DNA of 63,600 bases, the filler included, from Conidiobolus incongruus B7586 (taxonomy: Eukaryota), in NCBI GenBank assembly GCA_000697335.1. It is 14 parts of 14 records of this genome, joined end to end, with 100 filler letters (N's around TTAATTAATTAA, not from the genome) between each part and the next. Parts side by side here need not be neighbours in the genome. Positions count along the whole stretch, not along the records: positions 1 to 5,724 come from JNEM01000566.1; positions 5,825 to 10,840 come from JNEM01000567.1; positions 10,941 to 15,657 come from JNEM01000568.1; 11 more parts are not named here. One strand, written 5' to 3'. Below are positions 1 through 14,683 of this stretch, piece by piece. The notes below the pieces were generated by a model, which ran no database searches, had not been told where the DNA came from, and saw only the letters and a list, made by a program, of their open reading frames with translations. Within the stretch, counting starts at the first letter, position 1. Each line of letters begins with the position of its first letter. The position numbers were made by a program, and so were the translations under genes.

Positions 1-245
1 ATATATCCTTTGTCTTTAGCTGATATATATATATTATCATATTATATATATTAGAGTCTTATTTTTCTCTAAAATATATTATATCTATATATATTTATAA
101 TATTATAAGATAGTTAAAGGCTTAAATCACAAGGTTTCTTAAGATCATAAATTATTACTTTATATGACCAACTAAGATTATCTTTTTTAATTAATTATAA
201 GAATACCTTACTTTACTAACTCGTAATTTTATTAGCTATATCAAC
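1..245 (-). mobile_element. Possible Gypsy RNase H relic
   Basis: Weak remnants across frames: *NYE..ILII, LVGH, VIIYDLK, I*YILEKN. Confidence 0.2.
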
Positions 246-3200
246 AATATAATTATATATAATCATCATTATAATGTTAAATATAATTAGGCTCACCACA
301 GATAATCTAATAGTATATAAACTAACTAATATTATAATTATAAATACTACTATGGTTATATTAAACATTACACTAAATAACTTGTTAAGAAGTTGAATTA
401 CTTGACTTTATTAGGTTAAAAAACAACAATTAATAGAAACCAAAACAAAACAATAAAATTGTCTCAATTAAAAATTATTGATTAAGTTTAATATCTTTAT
501 ATATATTAAGATTATAATAGTAAAGCCACTGTTGATACTTATCACTTTACATATACAATTAGATTAATTAAATTGATTTTTTGGAATACTTGAACATAAT
601 ATTAATATAATTCAAATTAATAGAATGTAAGGATAGGGGAATCCTTACATATTTAGTTTAAAAATTAATATATTTATTAATTAAATTAGTATATTATAGA
701 TTTTAACTTAGTGATATAATTTTGATATCATTATTAGTTTTTATTTTAATTGGAGTTTTATATTAATTTATGGTAATAAGAGTTAAGTTATATATATTTT
801 TTCAATAACTAATATTAAAATATTTAATACATTTCTATAATGATCTTATAAATAACATTTTATGAAAACAAGTTTTATTGAAATACATTAATTAATAGTA
901 GTTTATTCCTATTGTTCAAAATTAAATTACATAGATTTAAAATTCTAAATAAATCAAAAAATTTTAATTTCAAACAAAATCCTCTCTTATAGATTCAATT
1001 CTTTGATACTATATTTTTAATAAAATTGGCATCGAATTCAGTTAATATCAGTGTTTCCTCCTCGCTTAATTCATCTTTTCAAGCGCAATTATCTGAACAC
1101 ACCAGTTATCCTTATTTTGAATTTGGAAGTCATAGAAGCTATGATGAAAACTCTTGTGTTCCTAAAAAAGATGAATAATGCTATAATAAATCAAGTGAAT
1201 TGAATCAATTACAGGTCCTTCAATTAAAATTCCTTACACTTGAAAGTCTTTAAATACATCAGAGATAAGTAATATAGCTGGATAGTTTATGTATTGAGAC
1301 GTAAATCTCTTATTTTCTTAAATAGTAAATTTTAGACCAAAATAATACTTGAATGGCTACTTTTAAAATAGCCTTTAATTATTTAAACCTATATTAAGTT
1401 GATTATATCAATAAATAATATTTTATTTAATATGGTAGCTACTATGTATGAACCATATACAAATACATTATGTTTAATAATATTATTATATATTTAATTT
1501 TAAAGTTTATCCAAATTATTGCAAAATTGATTATAAGATCAATTTTGATTCAATTACTCACCTAGCTTTACAGGTTGAAGGCCGATTTTCAAATCAGAAT
1601 TTGAAATATATATAGAATTAGTTTAAGATCACCCTTGAATTTAGTCACAAATTAGAGTTGATATCGCATAATTTAAATATTTTTAATTCATTAAAAATAA
1701 ATTTGTGTAATTTATAGTTCTTAAAATTGCTTTCATCATCAAGATTATATAATAATAAACCTAAAGAAACAAATCATTAAATTATAATGACTATATATAA
1801 TTTTTATCAAAATATTCAAATTTATACATATTGACACATATTTTCAGCTTTGTCTAACTTTTTGAATCTCCTACATATCAACATATGTCTGTATAACTAT
1901 AAATTGATTTTTTAATTTTGAAGAAAAATATTTAATAATACTTTATATTTAAATAAAATGAAACAGTTATAAATTATCAAAAAAAGAATTTGCTTTAAAA
2001 TATAACTAAATAAACATAGCTTTATAAATCATGATAAATATCTAATATCAGTCTAATTTTGACATAAATACCGATTTAGATTGATCTGTTATGTATTATT
2101 ATCGCACAATATCATCATTCGAATCTATATAAAAGTAGAATAAAGTATTATATTTTCCAGCGAATTTTAATGTTTTTGTGATTTTTTATAATTTAGACTA
2201 TTTTTAAATAATTCCAAAAATTGTACAATTTTATCTTAATAATAATATTAATAATTAAAAAAATCATACTATAAACTCTTAACGTATCACAAGATAAATA
2301 AAATCAACATATATAAGGCCAATCTAAACTATTATTTTAATATTTGATTGATATAATAGCTATCTTTTATCATTTGCAATTAAATAAAAACTAATTTACT
2401 TCGTTTTGAAATTCAAAATGTGAAAATTCAAATATGACTAGTAGTTAATAGCGATTTTTAATAAGAAATACTCTAGAATATAATGTTTAAAATTAATATG
2501 ATATATTATTAATCCAATATTGATATTCATAACTAAACAATTCAAAATTTCCAACATTTTTTAATCATCAATGTTAAAAATCTCTTTTATATAATATTGT
2601 TATTGTGCTACTCTAGTGGAAAAACCGATTTATTTAGTTTATATTTTTTTGATAATGACTGATAATATCCCTATTTAATATTACAGAAAAATGATATAAA
2701 CATTTTGAAATATGCTTTGTGATTTGGTGTAATAAGGATTATCCTTGTTGAATATGTATCGTTCATATTCTCCATTTTAACTCTGCCTCTATTAATTAAT
2801 CATTAAAAGATATTAGTTTTAGAGTAGCCATTTGATATAATAAAATTAATATCAAAGTATATTAATGTAATATTTTATTCTTAATATTAATTAATAATAT
2901 ATTAAAGAGATATATTTGTCAATTTAACTATTAAAATAATTCTAACTATTTTAAAATCATGATTATTTGAAATTACTCAATACGATCGGAGCATGTCGGA
3001 TAGAATCATTCGCTCAAAAGTCTAAATGAACAAAATCATATTATTGAAGGAGTATAGATTAGCTCTGTATAGGTAATATGATTATTTTTACCCATTATTT
3101 TTTCGATATATAGAATAAATATAATTTTATTCTTATCTAGAATTTAATTTATATTATTCCAAATTAGACCATAATTAATAATCAAATGATCATAATTGAA

Positions 3201-3547
3201 TATAAATTCTGCTTATTGATTCACTTTCGCTGAATCAAACATTATAAATATGCAAATTCTAATGGATAATGATGAACAGATGATGAGCAATATTTGAGTA
3301 ATAAGTAGCATTATATGAGGTCTGAATGTCCCATAAATTCAACTTCATCAATATTTAGAAACAGATTTAATTAAGTGTTATTCAATCCAATGAATCGGTT
3401 TAAAAAATAAAATCATTTTACTGATACATCACTCTTGACAAAATAATTATTTAATTCATAGTAATAATATATCCTATATTATTACTTCCACCATTTTTCT
3501 TAATTAATTTCATCTCAAATTGTTCCAACTATCTATCTTTCATCCAT

Positions 3548-3555
3548 TCACGTGA
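3548..3555. promoter_or_regulatory. E-box TCACGTGA upstream of the NDT1-like gene
   Basis: Perfect bHLH palindrome about 180 nt before the ATG. Confidence 0.4.
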
Positions 3556-3731
3556 CATTTCTTATCAGTACCTATTTATATACAGCAAATATATATCAGA
3601 TAAATACTATTTATTCGAAATTACTCTCTAACCAACTTGTAAACAAGAAAATTCAAAATTCAACAAAACAATTTATTTATTAAAAGCAACTACTGGTACT
3701 CATTCAATAACAACTTTTCTATCTTATTCAA

Positions 3732-4990
3732 ATGATGGATCTAGAAAAAACTAAAACTAGTTTAGCTGGAGCTGGCGCGGGTTTGGCTGCTGCTATTGTT
3801 ACCTGTCCATTAGACTTGGTCAAAACTAGAATTCAAAATCAAAGTAGACCTATTCACGGTATTCCTTATTATCGTGGCACATTTGGTATGCGAAATTATA
3901 TCCATTAATTCTAATAATTTATTTATTTCAATAACTATAGATTCTTTATACAGCATATTTCAAGAAGGTGGAATTAGAGGTCTATACAGAGGTCTAGGGC
4001 CCACAGTATTAGGCTACTTACCAACATGGGCTATTTATTTTTCTGCTTACGATAGAGCTAAAGATAAAATACCATATATTATTGGTATAGATTATCAAAT
4101 TCCTAATTCATTTAACATTGATCTAATTTTATTTTAGATAAATCTCCAAATCATCCAATTTGTCACATGTTAAGCGCAATGACCGCTGGTTGTATGAGTA
4201 CAACGTGCACTAATCCTCTTTGGGTTATTAAGACTAGAATAATGGTATAAAAAAATGTTAAATTCAATCCTTCATTTTCGTATTTATCTTTTATCATCTA
4301 AAATTTAGACTCAGTCCGCCCACTCTCCATATCAATACAGAAACACGTTTCATGCTATCCAGTCCGTGTACTATTCTGAGGGGATTAGAGGATTTTATAA
4401 AGGTTTATTGACTAGTCTATTTGGAGTTTCTCACGTCATTGTGCAGTTTCCACTTTATGAATATTTAAAATCTAACTTGCGTAAATACAAAGTTAATTTG
4501 TAATTTATAATTAACTAATATATCATATAGATGCTTCTGAAGATGGCCATGTCAAGATACCAAATGTTTTACTCGCATCATGCATCTCTAAAATGACTGC
4601 TAGTGCTTGTACTTATCCCCATGAGGTATGTGTTTATGTTATGCTTAACAATTACATATTTTAATATCTTAATTGCTTAAAATATTATATTTTTCAATTC
4701 TGTACTTCTTAAATTATTTTTACAACAAATTATAAAATTTTCTAATTTTATTTTAATAGGTTATTCGTACCCGCTTACAAAATCAAATTCACAAGCCTTA
4801 TAAATATAATGGTGTCTTCCATGCTATCAAAACTATTTCAAAAGAAGAAGGATATGGCTCATTTTACAATGGCTTTAAAACCAATCTTATTCGAACAGTA
4901 CCTGCAAGTGCTATAACGATTATGACATACGAACTATTAATCAATGAGCTCAACTATATTCTACCCACTTCTGCCAATTTAATGACCTAA
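3732..4990 (+). CDS. NDT1: Mitochondrial carrier (SLC25), NAD+ transporter NDT1/YIA6-like; 6 exons: 3732-3885, 3941-4084, 4138-4244, 4309-4480, 4531-4625, 4760-4990 (300 aa)
   Basis: Spliced frame is open (903 nt) with GT-AG introns. Three carrier signatures: PLDLVKTR, PLWVIKTR, PHEVIRTR. Also GLYRGLGPTVLGYLPTWAIYF and HVIVQFPLYE, typical of the NAD+/folate carrier clade. Confidence 0.9.
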
Positions 4991-5824
4991 CTTCGTATCA
5001 TATTTACACATTTATATCGTTAAGCGCTTGTCCTTTTGGTTGAACCTCAAGATGAACTACCATTACTAATCATATTCTAAAATTTAATTAATATTGGTAG
5101 TGATCATTTGTATCTTAAAACTATCCTCTAGGCGTCGATAAATATTCATATTAAGGAAAACAATAGTTAATACCATTTAATTTATTTAAATAGTATTTCC
5201 TATTAATATTCAAAACTAACCTTCATTTACACTAACACCATTCAATTACCCCAATTTCATTTTAATCAATCTAATCGATCGAAATTGAAATGAAAATATC
5301 TTCCCATATAAATACATATTTAAAATTATTATTATTATTTTATCAATATAATAAATCATTATCAAATTTATTAATTACAGTTTGTTTTGAAAGAGATTAC
5401 TCGAATATATTACATTATTTTTGTGATGTCTCTATTATGTTCAAAGCATTTTATCAGGTTTCTTAAATTATATTCAATTTCTTAGATTGTTCAATTTTGA
5501 ATTCGACATATTTAATATATCATATTATATCGTTTGGAAAATTAGATTTAATATTTATTATTGATATACTCTTTAAAATATTTATTCATTATTTTAATCA
5601 TCTTATATTTTATTTGATTTACTTAAGATTTAAATAAGAAATTAATTTAATTTCTTTATAATTAAATACTTTTATAAGTTTATTATTCAATAAATTGAAA
5701 TTTTTTGACAAATTATAGATTTAANNNNNNNNNNNNNNNNNNNNNNNNNNNNNNNNNNNNNNNNNNNNTTAATTAATTAANNNNNNNNNNNNNNNNNNNN
5801 NNNNNNNNNNNNNNNNNNNNNNNN

Positions 5825-6098
5825 AATCTTAAATATTTTTAGAGGGTTTCAAGTTTAATTTAAAAAATATTAAGATAAAAAACTTTTGATAAATATTATT
5901 ACTTATAATATAATAAACTTTAATTTCAAGTTTTTAATTAAAAATATTAAAATAAAAAATAAATATGAATAGTATAAATAGTTTGGAAATATTAAAATTC
6001 TTATATATTTTATATATAATTAATATTTCAAAATTAATAAGATATTTGAAAAATCAGAAATTAAAAAATATGCTATGTTTTTGTTTCTGAACTAATAT
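5825..6098 (-). mobile_element. Mariner relic, partial (5' part of transposase and TIR), cut by gap
   Basis: Aligns by eye to 63310-63580 (ttttagagggttt...ataaaaaacttttgata...agaaattaaaaaat). Confidence 0.65.
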
Positions 6099-7553
6099 TC
6101 AAGTAAATTGAATTTCAATTGATTAAATACTCATTTACTAGCAAAACATTCTTGCATTAAATATTAAACCCAATATTCTAAGGAATTTATTAATCTTTAC
6201 ACTTGATATGACAAATATATTGAGGATTTTATATTTAGATAATTTTAATTCGATTAAAATCTGAAAATTAATAAAAAAAGTCAAAATTTCAGAATTAATA
6301 TTAACTGAAGTTTACTCTAGTATTTAAATAATGTCAAATATCTATCCTATTGTACTTACTATTAAATTCTTAATGCAAAATATTAATATCAATAGACAAA
6401 TATATGTTCTATGATTAGTATACCCATAAATTATACTCGTTCAATATTTAGACTCCAATATAATATAATCAAGAATTTGATTCAAGTAATCATTGAACTT
6501 TTGATATTATATTTTGTATTATAGCCAATTAATACAAATTCAATATATTCATATTTATGTGTATATAAATAATAATATCGTTAATTCTTGTTTCAGTTAG
6601 GGATTAAATATATCATTAGGAATTATTAATTCAAAAAATATTGGAAATTTTAATTACTATTTGAGCCATAATGTAATACAATTATCATTTTATTATATAA
6701 TATTCAGAAAAAATATATTTCAAACTGTATAAAACCTTTGCAATGTTTCTTACTTAAATTTAATCAATTTTTTAAAATAAATATATAATTATTAAAGAGT
6801 GATACCAATTTTATGTGAATATCATTCAAATGTATGAATTTAAATTATGATTTTGTTTCGTTTGCTGAATGTGAAATTCAATTTTAAATTTTTTATGGAT
6901 TACATGAGAAATTTAAGTATGTAAATATAATTTATTATAATATTTAAGTCATTAGTTGATATATATAAAATTAAATCATTTAAACTCAATGCTATTAGAA
7001 TTGTACTTGAGACATATTATGCCTTGTTAAAATTAACATAATTACGATATATGGGTTTGGCTTTAATTGGAATTAAATGTGTTTAATATACTTTTGTGAT
7101 AACAATTGAAATTTTTATTCTATAAATGATTTAATGTTAATCAAGTTTTATCAAATGTTTAATAATAAAAATTAAAAAATAAACATAATTTTCCAAAAAC
7201 TTGAAATAAAACTAGGCCCATATTCTGAATAAAATGGAGGGAAATGAAAATAATTTATGTGTATAAATGATATATATTTTGACATTTTAAGATGTATGAT
7301 AAAAAGTTTGAGTTCATTATCATACAGATCAATCTATAATACTTTCAATTAAGATCGTATCATAATTAATAGAATTTGGAAGAAATTACACAAATCCAGT
7401 CGTTTAACTTTTAATATTATCTTCTAAATAGGCAATTAAATAATATATTTAAGTAGAAAATAAAATCCCATAAATTCGAAATAATTTGAAAGTTTATATA
7501 TATCTTAAATTTCTGTACTTCACGAATAATTATTTTTTAATTTAAAGCTAAAG

Positions 7554-7900
7554 ATGTCTGGAAGACAAGGTATCCAATAAAATTTTTTTTAATAATTCAA
7601 TTGCATTTAATACTATATATAGGTGGTAAATTAAAGCCTCTTAAAGCTCCTAAGAAGAAGCAAGTCGAATTAGACGAAGTAATATTTAGTATGATTTATT
7701 TGAAGGTTTTTAACTAATTTTTATTAGGACGATCTTGCTTTCAAGCAAAAACAAAAGGAAGACGCTGCCAAATTGAAGGCTATGGCTGCTCAAGCTGCTA
7801 AAGGTGGTCCCCTTAGTAAGTTTATTTTAATCTTTTTTTTCACTTTATTAAAAATTATTTTTTAGTTGGAGGCGGTATCAAAAAGTCTGGCAAGAAATAG
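7554..7900 (+). CDS. TMA7: Translation machinery-associated protein 7; 4 exons: 7554-7569, 7623-7678, 7728-7815, 7866-7900 (64 aa)
   Basis: Spliced product [64 protein letters not shown] matches the TMA7 family. All introns GT-AG. Not in the ORF track. Confidence 0.95.
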
Positions 7901-8639
7901 ATATAATATAATACCTCTAATACATTTTTTGGAATATATCATATATTTTTATATTATAATTTTTAAATTATTTTATATTAATATAATATTTCAAATATTT
8001 ATAACATATTATGATTATCTCTGATTTTATATTTAATATGCGTTAATGTAAAATTAACACAATTTAAAATATAACATTATATTTAATTCATATTATATTA
8101 TCAATTTTAACTATATTCATATGATTATTTATAGATTATAATTAAGGAATCCAAAATAAAGTAACCTTTAAACTTATCAATACTTAATTTTTTCGATCTA
8201 AATCTATTAGTGTAATTAATCATTTTTTTATAAACTTTAATTTAGTATTCAATAATCAGAAAAACTAATATCGATATTATGATCAAGTTTGTTAGATTAA
8301 TATATCAAATTCTAAATATCACATAAATACAATCTCTGAAATATAAGTATCTCGTGAAATATGTTTATCAAGTCACTCTGAATTAATTGAGTCGTCTGGA
8401 TTATTATTTGATACTAATTATTCCTCTATCCTGAAATACAATATCAGTTTAAATATTGCTACTTTTGGAACGATTTTGATGTCAAACTCTATTTAGTTCT
8501 GAAATTTAGTCAATGCAATTATATTATTCTGATATTATTTCATTTCATTTTTCAATAATTCAATTTAATATATACAGTGTTATTGAAATATTTTGAGGAT
8601 ACTATATTCTTAGTATAAATCTATATTCAACCATTTAAT

Positions 8640-9380
8640 CATGATAGTCTAATCTTTAATCTATTTTTATCATATCGTAGATTAAAATGAAATGATTCAA
8701 TCTGATTCATATACTTTAAAAACATTAATTATTATAACGAACTTTACCAAAATAACAATTACAAATCCGTTATATTGAAATATTACAGCAAGTTCACGAA
8801 AATTTAAGTATCGATTGATGTTATATTTTGAAACATATTAATTCAATAATATTAAAAATTATCCATTGGTAATCAATTTGAATAATTATTATTTACAAAA
8901 TTATATAATGGATATGACTTAAAATTGCAAATTATCAGTACAATGTTTATTAAAAACAGAATATTTTAAAAAAACAAATAAATGTATATTATAATCCATT
9001 AATATACACAATATTAACTTAATTCATAATCCAATAAGAATAATGAGTATTTAATAAATATTTTTTATTATTATTTTAATCTGTTTGTTTTATGAAATTT
9101 AAAAATATGTTATAATTCATCACCTATATAATTGAACATATTCAAAGTTGATAAAATTTGATCGCCCTTGTACAAGTCGTGCATGCAGTCCAGAAACCGA
9201 AGGAGGTAAGCCCCAACACCAATCCTGGGATATTAGCTTAACTGATTGCTAAGTAGCAAAAGAGTATATTTCTAGTAGTAATAATAATTTGATCCATTTT
9301 TATATTATATTAATTACATCTGAAGATTTCATTTTATCTAAGTTATATATGCAAATTTTCACAATTATCATATGGTTTGC
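8640..9380 (-). pseudogene. Possible decayed membrane receptor gene (class C GPCR / 7tm_3-like relic)
   Basis: Minus-strand reading ...ILFCYLAIS*ANIPGLVLGLTSFGFWTACTTCT... and, downstream, LNFRELAVIFQYNGFVIVILVKF resemble 7tm_3 TM segments. Multiple stops; boundaries approximate. Confidence 0.3.
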
Positions 9381-10964
9381 TTACATGGTACTTGTTGTAA
9401 ATAGTTACTTTATACCAAGCGCTTTCTCTTATTTTGTTAAGTATGTTCAAATCTGTAATATTTCCATCCTAATATTAAGTTTGTTTTTCTTCTTAATGTA
9501 TTTTTTAGTTCTTTTCATCAATTTTAAAAATTGAAATTCAGGTAGGATGAAAATGAATATATTTGATAATCTGTTTAACAGTTTTTTATAATATATATTT
9601 ATAAGGCTTTTTTATTATATATTTAAGTTTTTGATATATCTTTCATATATATTTATACTTATATATATCTTCTTTTGAAATTATATTTTTATAATTAATT
9701 TTTGAAATAGTAGATATAAACCCTTTAAATATATCTTGCTATTTATCTAATAATTAATCTAGAATAAATAGCCTATTATAATTATTTATATCTTAAAATC
9801 AAAGCTAAGAGTTTTTTAGAATTTTATGTTACTTAAAATCATAATTATCATTTTTATTTTCTAATGATATCAAATTAATAAATTTAAAAGATTAATCTTC
9901 AAATTATTATTATAATTTCCTATTTATTTAAATAACAATTCATTATATATTTTTATTTTGAACTATCTATATTAAAGGAAATTTATTCATATTAATTACT
10001 ATCACAAAGATATAACTATTTTTTGAATTCTTACAATGATATCCTAATTTATTTTTAAATAAATAATTAAGCAGCCTAACCTTCTATAGGGAATCTAGAA
10101 CCTAGTTTAATTAGTTAATTTATAATCTCCCTTAGCTCAGCTTCCCTTGAGCCCAGACCCTGTTTAGTTAGTCTAAATAAAATATTAGTTTTTTTCAGTC
10201 TTGACCTTTTTCCTTAGTTCTTTATCTAGTCCAGTCTCAATCTAGTATAATTATTTAAATTAGATTAATTAATATAATTTCTTTTCATATGTTTTTTTAT
10301 TATTCTCATTTGGTTATATTGATAATCAATTTTTTTAATTTTGACCTCATTTATTGATTTTGTACTAAATTTGAAATTATCAACTATCACCAAATATATT
10401 AAAATATACTTTATTCTTTTACTAATTATATTATAACATAATCAATTTAAATTATCATTTATATTATAATTAATTTAATACTTTAATTTAAAGGTAAATT
10501 TCATAATATTCGCTAAGTTTTTTATTTAAATAATAGTTATAGTTGAGGTCTTTTAACTATAACCTTTTTTACAATTATATTTTAATTAAATCTAATTAGA
10601 TGAATAATATTTATTAACTTAAAAATTAAAACAAAAAATATCAGACTTAATTTTTAATTTTAATAATAAAATTTAAAAACAATAAAAAGACTATAATATA
10701 TATACTCAAATAATTTTTGATAAATTATTTTTTAATATTTTTCTATTATTATATTAAATATATATTAATTTATTATATTATTTTTTTTGAATTTATATAT
10801 TAAAGGGAAAAATTTTAAAATTTCTTTTATAAAATTCAATNNNNNNNNNNNNNNNNNNNNNNNNNNNNNNNNNNNNNNNNNNNNTTAATTAATTAANNNN
10901 NNNNNNNNNNNNNNNNNNNNNNNNNNNNNNNNNNNNNNNNTAATATATTTATTTCTATAATAAT

Positions 10965-12267
10965 ACTATTAATATAGATATCAAAATATAAAATAATTTT
11001 GAAATTAAAATTGATTAAAAATATTAATATATAATTTATAAATTTTTTTATATAATTAAATTAATATTTTTTCCATTATTAATAACTTTTTACCATATTT
11101 TTAACAAGCTTTTAATACTTAAAATAATTCATTTTATGAAAAACTGATATTTGATATTTTATAAACCAATTTAATTTATTTATAAAAATATTTTTTCCTA
11201 TAAGTATATATTTGTATTACTTAAATTAATTATAATCTTATGGGTTATAATTTAGTGAATATAATAGGTATGGAAGTTATTTTTAGTTTTTTTATATAAA
11301 ATATCTTTAATAACTTTAATTTTTTATATTTCATAATTATGATATATATAATTGGTATTTTTAATTTAAAATAAAAATATCAATTTGAAATAAATTTATT
11401 TAAATAATATTTTAAAAAACTTATTATTAAATAGTTTGCTTTTAAAAACTAAGTAACAAAGCCATATATTATTATAATTTATTATAAAAATTAATATTCA
11501 CTTATTAATAAAATATTTGTTTTTTAGAATTTATAAATGGGATTTTTTTAGTTTAACCTAATATTTTGTTTTATGTTTAAATAAAAAATTATTTTAAAAA
11601 ATACTAGATTCATCAACTATAATAATTTATTATAAAAACCTTTGCGTTTGGTAATATTTTAATAATTTTTGTTTAATTATAGCTAATTTAGTTTTTTTTA
11701 GCCTTTGTTAAATTATATATTATTTATTTTATATTCTTATTAAATAATCTAAGTTTAAACTCTAATATATATAAAATACTTATATAATTAATATTAAATT
11801 GCTTAAATAATTCTTTAGCTGGAAAAAAGATGTTTTTCAGTATATTTTTTTTAATAATTAATGCAATAATAACAATAGAATTTAATTATTTAAATTTAGG
11901 TATATTTTAAATAATATCCTATTTAACCTTAAAATGATAAAATTAAACATTAAATGGTAGATTTAAATAAAATATTATCTTAGTAAGCAATTTATAAATC
12001 TTAAATAATTTTAAAAGGTTTATAATTGAGTTTTAATAATATAATCAAAAACTTTTGATAATTACTATCTAGTTTAAGTATAGTTAAATTTAACCTCAAA
12101 TTTTAAATTCAAAATATTTTAATAAAAAATAATTATAAATTATATATATTTATATATAATACTAATTCTCCTATATATTTTATATATATTTAATTTTTCA
12201 AAATTGGCAATATAATTGAAAAGTCAGATATTAAACATTTGCCATTTCTTTCCAAAATATTATAATA
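10965..12267 (-). mobile_element. Mariner (DD34D) relic, near full length (~1.3 kb)
   Basis: Minus-strand remnants FL**IIIVDES (first D), LPYLLYSLNYNP*DYN (HPPYSPDxxPxD) and IKSLLKIW*KVINNG. Homologous to the other copies; ends approximate. Confidence 0.8.
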
Positions 12268-13359
12268 ATATTGTTGAATTGTATAAAAAGCTAGTATATC
12301 AATAACAATTCAAGTTCATGAGACTTATTGACTTAAATAATTAATTATAATTTAACCAATGTAATTTTTAGTTTTTTATTATCTATTTTTAATTTCTTTG
12401 ACAATAATTTAAAATTTCGAATCTGAATACCTTGAATTAAGCAAGATAGTATTTATACATCAAGAATTTAGTCAAATGTGGGCTGTTGTAATTAGTGTTG
12501 GAATATACAAATTATTAATAAGTATATATTACACAATTGAATATATTTGCTAAAAGTTATTTGATTAGATGATAAATTATTTATCATTATTCAACAAATT
12601 TGATAAAAATGTAAATATTTTATTATTAAATGAAAAATTTGACTTAAGATTGAAATCAAATAAATTTGATATAAATATACCATGCTTTCTAGTAGATCAG
12701 ATCTTTGATTCAGTATTTCCAATATCCAATTATTTTATATTTTAGTTGACCATTTCGATTAAATAAAAAGAAATTTATCGAAATTTTAGGAAATTAGTAC
12801 AAGTGATCAACTTAAATATTTGTTACTCCACACTGAATTTATATTAGTAAACAAAAATAATTGGATCTATATACTGTGCACAATCTAATCAAATTCGTTT
12901 TTGAATATTTAAGATGAAACTAATTGAACTATAGGAATATATGAGATTTAATGAATAGTAATGTTAGTTAAAAAAGTGTTATTATTGGGAATTTTGAGTT
13001 AGTTGAAATCAATGGGATTAACAAGAAAATTCATCAATTTTATCATCAACTTTACACATTTTATTGATCTTTATCTGTTATTAAAATAAATAACCATTTG
13101 TCAATAGAAAGTTAATATTTAGTAATTTTGAAAATATCATATACCTTAGTAAATTGTACTTGTTTAAAATTTGTTGGATTTCGAATTGGAATCTACGATC
13201 AAGGTTGATATAAATAATCAAGTATTTAGGGTTTGTTTATTTACAGTAATATTTCTGAACCAAATTGATATTATAAAATGTGAATATTTGAATAAAATTT
13301 AGTTTGTGGAACAACTATTTTTGATTGCTAATTATAACATATTTATTTTGCAATCGAAA

Positions 13360-14026
13360 ATGAACAGCATTATTATTATAGCTTGTGTATACATGGTTAT
13401 CAAGGATGTTATGGCAGCTAATTCTAAAGGAATTGATGTTTCAGGGTTCCAGTCAAATATCAATTAGGCTGCAGTCAAGGCTAATGTATTGACTTTACTT
13501 GTATTAAAGCTACAGAAGGAATAACCTCTACCAATCCACAATTTAACCGCCATACAGTGGTGCTAATAATGCTGGTATTATTCATGGTGCCTATCACTTT
13601 GCCCGTCCTGGCGCCTCATCTGGTGCTGCTCAAGCCAACTACTTCTTCGCTCGTGGAGGTGACTGGAGTGCTGATGGAAGAACTTTACCTGGTGTTCTCG
13701 ATCTTGAAGCTGGTTGTCATGGACTCTCTCAAACAGCTATGGTAAACTGGATTAGGGACTTTAGCAACACCTGCTATGCTAAAACTAAGAGATATCCAGT
13801 CATCTATACCACTACAAGTTGGTGGAAAGAGTGCACCGGAAACAATGCTTCTTTCGGTGAAAATAATCCTTTATGGATTATAAACTGGTCAGGTTCTCAT
13901 GGACCCTTATCTGCTGATTGGAAAGCCCATACCTTCTGGCAATATGCTGATTATGGTTCAAATCCTGATAATCAAGATTATTATAATGGTGACTTGGCTG
14001 GACTTCAAAAATTTGCTTGTGGTTAA
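13360..14026 (+). pseudogene. GH25 (Chalaropsis-type) muramidase/lysozyme, disrupted
   Basis: Signal peptide MNSIIIIACVYMVIKDVMA, then GIDVS, IKATEG, GAYHFARP, GDWSADGRTLPGVLDLE (DxE), YPVIYTTTSWW, FWQYAD. Nonsense TAG at 13465-13467 where Trp is expected; 1-nt frameshifts near 13486 and 13552. No introns. Confidence 0.9.
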
Positions 14027-14683
14027 TTTTCGATATCATACTTGGTATAGTATATCATATACCACTTATCAATACAAATACCACAAATCTATTAGTAAAA
14101 AGATCCTCATTAATGTGATTAGTTGAAAAATTCATACCCGAAAGTTAATGTAATAAAATATAATTATGTCTTAATATATGCCACCATTAATAATTTTTAT
14201 ATAACCTATGAATTTGGTTTTGATCAGAATTTTAGAAATAAAATTAGTTCAAATGAAATTATATTATTTGATCCAAGAGTAAATCAGATTTTTGAAATAA
14301 CTAGAAAACTGAGATATTGCTAAAATCTAAAGCGGTTCATTGTCTAATATTAAGTTTTCTATTCAAAATTAGATTTTCAATTAAATGAATGGTGGTTTGA
14401 TTAAACGATTGTAATCCATATATTTAATAACAATTTCAGAATAAATTCAATTTTCACCTTAATTATCTTAGTTTATTTTGGTGACATCAATGTTCAGTAG
14501 TAGCATTTTAATATTTTCATTGAAATTTAAACCTGACACTTATATAATTGGTGGTATATAATTCTTAATCATCTGAATTCAACTAATTTGTAATTATTTT
14601 TTGAAATTAAAAGTTTTTCAAGTAAATTAATTTTTGATAAATTATTAATATTGAGGAAAACTTTAATATATGTAATCTTTATA

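Noticed and set aside
992..1270. Coding-like tract (LASNSVNISVSS...)
   Set aside because: Interrupted by stops with no identifiable family; cannot be supported as a gene.
5769..5780. TTAATTAATTAA repeated 13 times at regular spacing, superficially like an array or conserved motif
   Set aside because: It is always centred in 100-bp N blocks; an assembly linker with stops in six frames, not biological sequence.
9160..9260. snRNA, riboswitch or ribozyme candidate
   Set aside because: No U1/U2/U4/U5/U6, TPP or hammerhead consensus recognised by eye. No tRNA, rRNA or CRISPR array was recognised anywhere in the window.
9289..9534. 81-aa hydrophobic ORF (+)
   Set aside because: TTG start and an I/L/F-rich composition expected from AT-rich DNA; no motif.
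13557..14323. ORFs 13557..13745, 13899..14126 and 14123..14323
   Set aside because: Off-frame shadows of the GH25 pseudogene or AT-rich chance ORFs.
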